From positions 124,001 through 188,000 of the forward strand of contig DF236966.1 of assembly GCA_000708835.1 (NCBI GenBank): a DNA stretch of 64,000 nt, read 5' to 3'. Shown here one piece after another: positions 10,992-21,419 of the stretch. The position numbers and the translations under genes were made by a program. The notes beneath the pieces are model-generated. The model ran no database searches. It saw nothing but the letters and a program-made list of their open reading frames with translations, and had not been told where the DNA came from. Origin of the DNA: Klebsormidium nitens. Its lineage: Eukaryota > Plantae > Klebsormidiophyceae. Positions within the stretch are counted from its first letter, which is position 1; each line of letters opens with the position of its first letter.

Positions 10992-13900
10992 ATGGTGGGG
11001 CCTGCCCCACTTGATGAGGTCATTGCAAATGCAAACAAGCTGGCGCAACCTGGTAAAGGAATCTTGGCAAGCGATGAAAGCACAAGGACAGTGGGAAAGA
11101 GGCTGCAGAGTGTCGGCTTGGACAACACGGAGGCAAACCGGCAGGCGTTCCGGGAGGTGGGGCTCGTGAACTTTATGCTCAGCTGTTCTAGAGTCATGCC
11201 CTGCTCATGTTATCTGTTCAGATTATTCTATCAAGTAATTGAACCAGTCATTCAATGGTGGCTTTACAAGGAACACTTGCATTCGATGGCTGGTGGTGCA
11301 AAGAACAAGAGCACAGTCTGAAAATGCAAGTGCGTCATCAGAATGTACATCCAACAACCAGACCGTCAGGTGCTGTCCTTGACCAACTGCGCATCTACGA
11401 AAAGCACCTTCATCGATGCAGAGGCAACTTGGCCCCATGAAATGAACCATCACGGTTCGGCTGCCAAACCAACCAGTCGCGGTGCTTTTAGTACCAGAAA
11501 GCATCCTTTCAGATCTGAAGTCTGCTCTTGTGTGCCAATGATATCTGTGGAGAAAGTGGTTCTGCACCTGTCTTTGCCTTGACCAGTCAAAATTGTTGCT
11601 TTGAACGTCTAGAGTTAAGATGGAGCTCCTCCTCTTCAGATGCTCTACACCACCCCCGGCATCGGGCAGTACCTCAGCGGCGCAATCCTCTTTCATGAGA
11701 CTCTTTTCCAGTCAACAGCTAACGGCACACCTTTCGTGAAGGTGAGGCCCAACACTGGGTCGCTGGATAGGCTATTGGCATGTTAAGTATGATCTGTTAT
11801 CTTTGCGAACCGCTTGGACAGGATCCTTTCAGGGGTGCGATACAGTTCCTGCTTACTTTGACATAGAAGGCAGCTCAGGTTAGGTCTGGCACCCGACTTC
11901 TGGCCCTTCTTGGACTGGGAGGGCAGAGCTGAACTATAACTTAGTATGGGACGGTCCTCATCATATTTCCGATTCTTTGGGCATTCGTCTTAGAAAGACC
12001 TGAGGATGACGAATTGGCTGTGCATGTTCCAATTTGCAGGTTCTAGGAGAAGCAGGGATCCTCCCAGGAATCAAGGTCGATGTGGTGAGTGTTCGACTGA
12101 CCAGAAGAAGAAGAAAAGATACACCGGAAATCGTGTTGCTAGAGCGAGGCACGTCAGGCTCTGACGACATACAGTTGAAGGGACGGATCCCTCGGGTTCT
12201 GAGTATGGGACTTGTTGACATATGGAGCACCAGGAAAGCAGCGAGCGTAATCTCAATAAGTCACTTTGTTCAACACCCGAGTTGCAAGGCCAGCCTTAAA
12301 TTTTGCTTTCATCCTCAAAGCTAATAGACCCCTGATGCCGATCACTTGATGTTGAGTGCACAATGAGACAGCTGCCTAAGACTCGTTCTGTACGTAGGGG
12401 TTGGTGCCCATTCCCGGGACGGACGGCGAAACGAGCACGCTCGGCTTAGACGATCTGACCAACAGAAGCAGAGCCTACTACGAACAGGTTGGTTTTGCCA
12501 TCGCCACCAATAATGCTAATCGCCACTGACGCTCCTCTCGTACATTATGTTGATCGCGTAGGCACAGATATTTGTTGGAATACTGAAGCAAGCTGGATTA
12601 CAAGAGTTTATTGAGCGAGATCGTCAGCCACAATATACAATGAACGTCCGAAGATGGAATTCAACATTCAAGGAGGCCAGGTAAGGTTTGCAGCGAGTCA
12701 GCGGTGCCTCGAACATGCCTTATGTAGAACGATGAACTCGATCGTCACCCCAACCAATCGAGACCCGTCATTTATCCAAACCCATCTAGAGGTCTTTATG
12801 GAAACGTTTGGGTGCGCATCTCCCGACATACTCGTCAGATCCGTCTTTGCAATAAGGGTCATGTATAAGTATCTTTTTTACACTGAAGCCTCTACCCAAC
12901 AGATTCACCCGTTCTGCACCTGCGACCATCCTAAACCCCACAGTCGCGGGCAGTGGGCCCTCATAAACTAAGTTACACCTAAAAAAGATGGGGCATCTTC
13001 GCTGGTCTCGAAAGGCTTTGTTGCTTGATCCGTAATCGAGCACGAATAGCCTTTATGACTTTAAAGGTAGTTCGTTCGGGCGATTCCATATTCTTGACAA
13101 GCGCCGCCAAGTGGTCTCGATTTTGACACTCTTTCTTCGGACTTTTCCCAGGGTGCCCGCTTCGCGAAGTGGCGAGCGGTCCTGAAAATCGGGGCGAACC
13201 TGCCATCCTCCCTCGCAATTGCGATGAACGCCCGGGACCTGGCTCGCTACGCCAGCATATGTCAGCAGAGCGGCCTCGTTCCGATTGTCGAGGTGAGGGG
13301 TAGAGCTCCACTATTATCCACGTTCATCTACCCGTCGAAGTGGGAGGCTTGATCTTTCTGAAAACTCAACCCGTCTTTTCCACCGGGCACAGCCAATGTA
13401 GAATGGGCTCGAATGTATCTACTCACAGCAGCAGTGGCCCTCTAGCCAATACTGCTATGTTGTCCATTTTGCGTACTTCGAAAGACGTTGATGCTTGCGG
13501 ATTGTGTATCGACAGAAAGCCTGACTCTCCGACCCTTTCGTGTTGCTTCGATCAACAGCTCCAGTCAGCCCCACCCTTCTTCCCTTTTGAAGTTGTAAAG
13601 TTTCCGGCTTTCCCTTGACCTTTGAACTTAGGTGCCATAATGTTGACGTCAGCACAAGTAAGCAGACTGAGCCGCTGCCGGCCTACGGCCGCTGGTAGCA
13701 GTGGTTGACGCGGTCTCGTCATGAAACTCAAGAAAGATGCAAATAAGCCAAGATGAGTAAAAGTTCTGACTAAACAGAAAAAGTCCGAACTCAGAAAGAT
13801 ACCTGTTCCGCACCCATGCCCACCCTAACCACCAAAATAACCCTACCCGTCCGAGTGCGGGTTTTTATCAGTATTATCTCGGCTTACTATCGTAGTTCTT

Positions 13901-16333
13901 GAGTTTGATGGTCTCGTCTCAGCTGAAGGTAAGGTTATGTTTTTGTATAAGCGCATCGTCAAGGCGGCTAAAGTGACGCTATTTCACAGGGATGGCGGAT
14001 CTCTGACACGTGTCGCTTTCTCCGCAGCCGGAGATCCTCATCGACGGCGACCACACCCTTGAGCGCAGCGCGGAGGTGGCAGAGCGCGTTTTTGCGGCAG
14101 TCGTCGCAGCGCTGCACGAACACCGGGTCTGCCTCGAGGGAATCCTCCTGAAGGTAGGGAATCCCCCTTTTTCTTTTGTAACTCTGTATCGTTTTTCCCC
14201 TCTCGATTCTGCTTTTGTCTAGTCTGTTTCTGCTCTGTGGTTGCAGCCAGCAGAAGCTACCCCGAGCCGTCAAGTCCGTCCGTTAACTTCCGGAGCCCGC
14301 TACATGGGCACTCCACATCACCGTTTCTGGCGTCTAGAAATTCCCGTGTGTGCAGTCTGGGTTCGCTGTTTGGAGTCTCATTCTGCTCCCGATCTGGGAG
14401 GTCGTTTCAGAGCGCCCGTTGTTTATCAAGCGTCTTCGGTAGCGTTTTTCGTTTCTCCTGTCCGAGGCGCCTCTTTTTGGATTTTTGAATGGGTTGAAAA
14501 ATACACAATTCCAGGGTTTGCAAGGTGTAGAACAATCTGCTGCGGCGTCTGTCTCTGGCATCAAGGTCGCTTGTGTTTGCTGCAACATAGGTTTGCCTCA
14601 TCTTCACGTACATTAACATCCCTTCCGCATTCTCCCCTGCCAAAGTGCCCCGTCTGTTACCTACGGCCTCACCTATGTTTCTTGGTTGAATTTGTACCCT
14701 GGTGTCGTGCGTCCGCGAGTGCCTGAAGAGCGTGCAGGAGGTTGCTTGAACAATGCACCAAACCAGTAGACGACTTTCTTCCAGGCCATGCTTTGTACGA
14801 ACAGATAATCTTCTGAAGCCGTTCAGATGCCATGGGAACTTTGTGTTTCTGTTGTAAGATGCTTTCGACGGAGAAGAACACACCTGCTTGAGAGAGGAGT
14901 GCTCTGACATCTGATAACAGGGTTCGTGGCTGTGCTACGCTCCACTGCACTTTAAGGTTGAGGAGCTAATAGATTGATTTGCTGTTGGCTTTCAAACCGG
15001 CTCAGCAAAGCCGAAGAACGGGAGTTGTCGTCTGAAGCCACTTCCTCAGGCGTTTGGAAGAGCGAGTGGGTCGAGAGCAGGTCATGCAGTTTGAAACTTC
15101 GTCTTTGTCTTTGTCTTCCAAACTTGCCAGCTTTCTGAGCCTCGCGTTAGTAAGTCCAATCCGATCGCTCAAGGGTTCGTTTGTCTTGTTCGCAGCCCCA
15201 AATGATCCTTCCTGGAGCAGAATCGCCGCAGAAGGCGTCTCCCGAAGAGATCGCCGCAGCCACGCTTCGGACGCTGAGACGGACGATACCGCCCGCGGTC
15301 CCGGGCGTCATGTTCCTGTCCGGTGGCCAGAGCGAGCAGGCAAGAATTACCGACACAGATCTGCGCTGTCATCACTGTTTGGCTTGACGGCAGGCAAACG
15401 AACTTCGGTGTCGCCCGTTGCCTCATTGTGGAAACTAAGGAACTTGGATATATCCAGTCTTCACGAAGGATATGGTCATTGAAACCGCATGGTGAGCATC
15501 TTGAGGCCGTGGAAAGTGTTTCCAGCAAAGTCTGTCAGGTGAAGGATGCTTGAGTAGCGGAAACACAACTTTAGCTGGATGTTCCGAACTCTTCTTGAAG
15601 CGAGCGGCGACACGACAGGATCAAATTGCTTATGAGGTAGTACTCGCTTGGGGAGATGCTGACGTTGTTGTCACATTGTCTGCAGGAGGCAACCGTGAAC
15701 CTCAACACTCTCAACAGCCTGGCTTTGCAAACGGGAGGGGCGCCTTGGACCCTATCCTTCTCATTCGGGCGAGCGCTCCAGGTGAGAACGTCTCCATCTT
15801 GGAGCTTGCCGTTCTGAACGTATATTGCGTTTGATCGAAGTTTCAGTAACCTCATTTGCAAAGCCTGGCTGTTGAGAGGGGTCGTTTGAAGGATACGTAT
15901 GTATGGCCTTTGCACACCGGGAGCGAAGCTCTGTGGGAACGAACCAAGTGCAAAGAAGCTAGATAACGAAGAAGCCGATTGGCCGCGTTTGCTTTTCCAG
16001 ACATCAAAGCCTCACATGCGGGTATAACGACACGCTGCTGGAAAGATGCAAAGATCTTTCCCAGAGCAGCGGCCTGGTGTCCGTGCAATCCCTCAATCTC
16101 TAATATGAAATGTGGTACAAAGGTTACGAATTTTGTTTTTCTTGCAGGCGAGCCCCCTCCGGATATGGTCCGGCGACGCCTCGAAGGTTGAGGAGGCGCA
16201 GGAGATGGCGGTGGGTCTGGCGAGAGTGAATGCGGAAGCTGTGCTTGGGAAGTATTCGGGCCCGCATCCATCGAAACTGACGGCATCGCTAAGGGAAAAC
16301 TTCAGGGGTTGGCGACAAGGGGAGCCGCGTTGA
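10992..16333 (+). CDS. FBA: Fructose-bisphosphate aldolase, class I
   Basis: Exons 10992-11156, 11640-11741, 12040-12084, 12398-12487, 13152-13292, 14028-14153, 15196-15339, 15686-15781, 16148-16333. Motifs [31 protein letters not shown]|[15 protein letters not shown]|[23 protein letters not shown]. Intron 15340-15685 is GC-AG. Confidence 0.96.
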
Positions 16334-16996
16334 CTTCTTGGTTGGGCGTGAAACCGCTGCCACAAGCAGCTTGAAAGGCACGCTCCTCGAAACGCACGCT
16401 TCTGTAGAAAGGATACAACAACCACATCTCAGGATTGCAAGACGTTGGCATTGCGAAAGCCTGCAGTATACTGCGTTTGCGTTGTCCGGTAAGCTCGCCG
16501 CATATCGCAGCTAGATCGATGAACATTGTGTCACTCGATGCTACTGATGCATTGGACCATGCCGTCTCCCACGGTCCGGCAAGGGCGACCAGGTGCCAGA
16601 AGTATAATGCTCCATGCGCGGAGATGGCCGAAAACAATGATTCAGAATGCATGATATATCTTCATGTTCATTCGCTTTGCTGTTGTCTTACGTGGATAAT
16701 TCCATCTCGGATAGACGCTTCCATTCGCAGACGTGCACCCATGTAGGTATATGCCGCCCGCGGCGTGTTAGCCATGCACTATGATTGAGCCTCAAATCGT
16801 TGGTATATGATCTGACGCATCGACCACGGTTGTCAAATAGTCCAACAATAGCTCTGGTCATCAAGGTCCAAGGGGTCTTATTCTTGACGTCAATGTTGCA
16901 CCAGCGGCTGGTCTGCAATGATGCCTTTTCTATCTTACATCAGTAGGCTGTTTCGTTCGTCCGAAGTATTGCGGGCAATATCTTACAGCACTTTTC

Positions 16997-18793
16997 TCAT
17001 AACCAAGAAAGTTCAGCCAAGAGGCCTATCTTTTCCGCCACATCGCCGAAGATCCCATAGGTTTGTAGACCCGCACTCAGAGCGACCTGCCGCTTGAACA
17101 TGTCGCTTGCGCGCTTTGTAGACTCCTTATCCAGTGGCACTAGCATCTTCCGCGCCAGCCGGGCGCAAAGCGGACCCGCATTCAAACCAGGCCGGAGGAC
17201 ATACCTATAGCAACCCCTGTCCAAAAGGAACCTAAGCATGTGTATCCGATCCTCCTTCGCAACCTCGGCGCAGTACTCGCGGCTCAATTGAACCACCGGC
17301 TCTGCCTCTAGGATGCTTAGCAGCTCCTGGTCAGAGACCCCTTCCAGAGCCGCAGATCGGAGACACCTCTCTAAGTCCCAGGGGCAAGGGGGATCGAGCG
17401 ACCGCGCCCACCGAAGCGCCTGCACTTCCCCTCGAGCTGCCGCGATGTCGCAAACGAAGGGGCGCACCATCGGCTCTTGCTTGAGCACCCAGTCCGCAAC
17501 CTCGTTATGGCCCCGTGCGCACGCCCCATAAATGCACCGAAGAGGATTCCAGGGGCTCGGAGGCACTTGGCTTCTCGCCCAGGTGAGAATCTTCAGGCTT
17601 CCCGCCCTCGCCGCGTACAAGCAGACGTCCTTCTCCCACGAAGAGGGGGGTACCCGTTTGCTGGCCCAAACTAGTGGCGGCAGCTTTCCCATCATGGCCG
17701 CCAAGATACACATGTCCGCCAGCGCGTCCTCCTCCTGCTCAACAATCCACTCTGCCTCCTCAAGTCTGCCGTGGTTGATTGCCTCGAAGGCGCACCGCCC
17801 GGCCTCCCAAGGGCACCCGTGTGCTCGCAGCCATTTCAGAGTGTCAAGCTGGCCGTACATTGCTGCCGTGACGCACGCGTCGTTGCCCCACTCTAGTTTC
17901 CTCTTCCTCGCCCACTCGAGCACGTGCATCGACCCCAGGCAGGCTGCGTACGCGCACACGCTGGGAGCTGCTGACCGGGCCTTTTTCAAGACCCACTGCG
18001 CCATCTCAAACTGCTTTTCCTCTGCAGCGAAAAACGCGCACAGACTCGGGTGCCAGGGGCAAGGCGGCGACCGCTTCCTGAGCCATCTCAGGGCCGCAAA
18101 CTGCCCCCGCATTGCCGCGCCCGTACAGACGCCCTCGTCCCACGGGAGCCCGTGCTTCCTCGCCCAGGCGAGCGCGTCCAAAAACCCCGCTTTTGCAGCT
18201 ACGTTGCACAGCGTTTTCCCTGCGGAGGGGTCTTGCCCCAGCACCCATTCGGCTATGGCAAAGCTTTTCATTTGCGCAGCCAAAGCGATGCACAGAGTGG
18301 CATCCCAGGGGCATGGAGGCGTCTGCTCCCGTAGCCATTGCAACACCTCTAGACTTCCCCCGAGCACCGCGTGCTGACAGCTGTCTTCTCCCCACTGGTA
18401 CATTCCCTGCACCTTTGCCCATTTCAAACCATTCAGAGACTCAAGGAGCGCGGCAAGAGGGAATACCAGCTCGCGCACAAGAACGTCCTTCTTGCTCAGA
18501 TAGTCAACAACATCAAAATGCTCGTTGTCGATTGCTGCGCCTGCGATCGACAACCGGGAGTGGAGTGAGAGGGGCGGATACGGTCCTTCCAACCACTGGA
18601 TGATGCGACACTGCAAGTCCTGGCCATCTAAGTGGATCCAATAACGGGGGAAGCCGATGTTGGAATACGTGGGCCTGTACTCTTGCAGCGTGCTGATCCC
18701 CTTTTCAGTGTACTTATGCCCATCAGGTTGCAATGCGGTGAGCCAACTATCTATGTTCCGCAACCTGCGAAGGGTGTCTTCCTCCACGCTCAT
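16997..18793 (-). CDS. Intronless ankyrin-like repeat protein of the 'W..G.PW...C..AA..G.L..L' type
   Basis: Single uninterrupted ORF of ~600 aa; likely start MSVEED at 18793, although the track starts at 18892. Repeated units: LQWLREQTPPCPWDATLC, LAWARKHGLPWDEGVCTGAAMRG, LKWLRAHGCPWEAGRC, LRWARSLDPPCPWDLERC. Confidence 0.85.
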   Translation of the reverse strand: MSVEEDTLRRLRNIDSWLTALQPDGHKYTEKGISTLQEYRPTYSNIGFPRYWIHLDGQDLQCRIIQWLEGPYPPLSLHSRLSIAGAAIDNEHFDVVDYLSKKDVLVRELVFPLAALLESLNGLKWAKVQGMYQWGEDSCQHAVLGGSLEVLQWLREQTPPCPWDATLCIALAAQMKSFAIAEWVLGQDPSAGKTLCNVAAKAGFLDALAWARKHGLPWDEGVCTGAAMRGQFAALRWLRKRSPPCPWHPSLCAFFAAEEKQFEMAQWVLKKARSAAPSVCAYAACLGSMHVLEWARKRKLEWGNDACVTAAMYGQLDTLKWLRAHGCPWEAGRCAFEAINHGRLEEAEWIVEQEEDALADMCILAAMMGKLPPLVWASKRVPPSSWEKDVCLYAARAGSLKILTWARSQVPPSPWNPLRCIYGACARGHNEVADWVLKQEPMVRPFVCDIAAARGEVQALRWARSLDPPCPWDLERCLRSAALEGVSDQELLSILEAEPVVQLSREYCAEVAKEDRIHMLRFLLDRGCYRYVLRPGLNAGPLCARLARKMLVPLDKESTKRASDMFKRQVALSAGLQTYGIFGDVAEKIGLLAELSWL

Positions 18794-19217
18794 CGTTTCA
18801 AGCCCCTCTGCCCGCTCCCTGCTCTCAAAAAACAGAGCTCTGAGAAGCGAAGGGGGATGCGCCTGGCGAAGCTCATGAATGCTGCAATGCACCCTGCCAA
18901 GTGTGTATACTCTTGAAAGTAGGTATAAATTATACTAGAAGTTCAAATCTTTCCTGTTGGAATTTGCCGCGCTTGCGCTTCTTCTTTCTGGTGGCCGGTT
19001 TGCATGACCAGCAAACTGACGTTCCAACGCCGGGAACCGCCGTTCAACGTCACGTTAAACGTTTGCCGACTTTGTTAAACCGCAGCTGGAAGATTGACAA
19101 CCTGGGCTACATGCTGTTCTCCTTCGCTGGACAATTACTACTAGTGCTGTCGACCCTTCAACGTGATGGCATTGTGCAGAACAGCAGCTAGACTCCCCCT
19201 AGACTCGTAGCAAATCC

Positions 19218-20242
19218 ATGCACCGGATCAGACACCTTCGGCTTCAAACACTCGTGATCTCAAGTGCAAGGTACTCAAGCACATCCAAAGGCGCCTTTCT
19301 CTCGCCACTGGCTTTCAGAGCGCCAGCGCAGATCAGCAGTATGGACAAGTTTGTGGTGACCTTCTGCCACAACTGCGATGGTGGCATGCAGGAATTTAAC
19401 ACGGCCAAGGAGTCCATCCTGTCAGTCTTTCCGGATGCCGAGGTCGAAGCCGACAGACGGGATGAGTATCCCATCTGGGTGAGCGATTTGCAACATTACT
19501 CTGCCTGCATGCGGTGCCTCCTTCGCCCGACAAATCAAAAACCATGTCTAACTGGGGCTTAACCATAATCCTCCTCCAGTCCTTCCTTTGACGACCTCAG
19601 TCGTGATATTGCCCGGCTCCGATCTGTCGACCATCGTATCGGTGTCCCGGTACTCTTTGAACCAGTCGAGCAGCCAACGTCATCCACTGTTCATTCCTTA
19701 GTCCGGGTGTTGAAATCACTTGATTGTCCTCATACAACGGTCGCTGTCTACTTGACAGCTGCAGAAGACAGCGTTTGGGTGTGTAGCTTTTTTTGTAGCT
19801 TAGGCTTCTGTAATTGACAGCATTGCGTGACTCTACGATCAAGCTGATGGGCATACTAGCTGAGTGCATCTGAAGAGTTCAGAGAAAGTGAACCTGTTGA
19901 CTTGTTGGAGACTTCAGGAAAGAGTTTTCTGAATGGTGAACCAGGGTGCATCTTAGCATTCAAGTGTGGATTTGGAGGAATCAAAGGGAGGAAACAGGAA
20001 CCTTCGATAGACTTCTGAAAGACTGGATTCCACTCTGAACTCTGATTTTCAAGACGTTGACATCTCAGAATAGTCTTTGTCCTTCTTGATTGCTGCAGGT
20101 GAGCATCAAAAAAGGTGTGTCTGGGCAGTTAGTGTGGGAGGGGGACCAGCGGAAACTCTTCAGAAAGTATGCGTCAGACAGGTCCACGTCTGTCCAGCAG
20201 ATTGTTTCTCGATTGGAACAGCTCAAGCAGGTGAAGCTGTAA
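19218..20242 (+). CDS. Small thioredoxin-fold Rdx/SelW-like protein with CxxC and a possible organellar presequence
   Basis: Exons 19218-19478 and 20099-20242 (TGG|gtgagc ... gctgcag|GTG) give 134 aa. The S/R/A/L-rich N-terminus is followed by MDKFVVTFCHNCDGG...FPDAEVEADRRDEYPIWVSIKKGVSGQLVWEGDQRKLFRKYASDRSTSVQQIVSRLEQLKQVKL*. A second ATG is at 19341. Confidence 0.75.
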
Positions 20243-21419
20243 GCGGGCAGAGCACCTAAGGTTTTATGATGTAAGGATGTATTCTCGCAGTCAACCGAGG
20301 GCAGATCTTGGTTACATAGTAAACCCTTCCCTGAGGGGGACTAGGCTCACGTCTTATTTGGAACCAGGAGATGCCAGGGGTCAATTTTTTGGTATTGTAC
20401 ATAGATATAAAGTGAAGGTGGCAACTATTGCTGAGGTGGTAAGTAGTCACGCAGTGCACGCTTCGTATGTGGCAGTGCTCGAGAAACTTGGCAGCGGTCA
20501 ACTCTAGTGCACGACTTGATCATCAGTTTTACAGGACTTGTGTTATGAGTGCTTCCGCACGGCCTGATTCGTAGGCCGTTGTAAGTTTCATTCACACATG
20601 CAGATTCCCCCAAGGATGGACACTATCTGAGCAAGCTTGCATCAAGTTTTTATGCACCGTTGAGAAGTCAAATCATAGCGCGAGGGTCTACATATGTGGG
20701 CGGCCAGCAGCGACATGCATGGCCTGCTTTAAGGATTTATTTGTATTTGACATGAAAGTTGACAGCCCAACTATTGCATGTGCTTCTGGTGGTGAGCTGG
20801 TCTCTTGGACCGGTAATTTGAGAAGAAGTCATGCCGTATAGGCTCCAGCACAATTCAGCTGTAACGAACCGTGGTTTTTCTACATCACGATAAGTCTATC
20901 GTAGAATCAGATTGGCGCCAAGTCCCGAGCTCAATTTGGCCGGCAGCTTAAAAAGTAGCGTGTACAGGCAAAGTAAGTCATCACTTACTTGTACCCTTCC
21001 AAATCAAGTAGAAGCTGCCATGCAGCTGCTGCATCTTGCGAATCTAACAGCGTGTGCCCCCTGGTTGTTTCATATTATTTGCACGCTTAGTAGCTCCCTC
21101 ACAGTGTAGTGCGTGACTTGCATGCGAAGTTTAGTGCATGACTCAATATCATTCATGAGCTACAGTACGTATGTGCCCCAATAAGAAGCGCTACAGCTGC
21201 CGGGCCGGGCCCATGCAGCACTGACAACTATGATTGTGATCGTGGATCATGCATGGCTGATTGCTTTTGTGAATGCGTGCCCCGGGCTGGATTGTAAATC
21301 GTTGTACTGCATCATGAAAATTGACGACAAAGTCAAAACTATTCCACCATGACCTTCAGGCTGCAGTGGCAATTGCTGCTTATAGGTCATAAAAACTGTG
21401 AAGACTGAATGCATTACCT

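Noticed and set aside
17313-18603. Several + strand ORFs overlapping the ankyrin-like gene
   Set aside because: GC-rich antisense shadows with no recognisable motifs.
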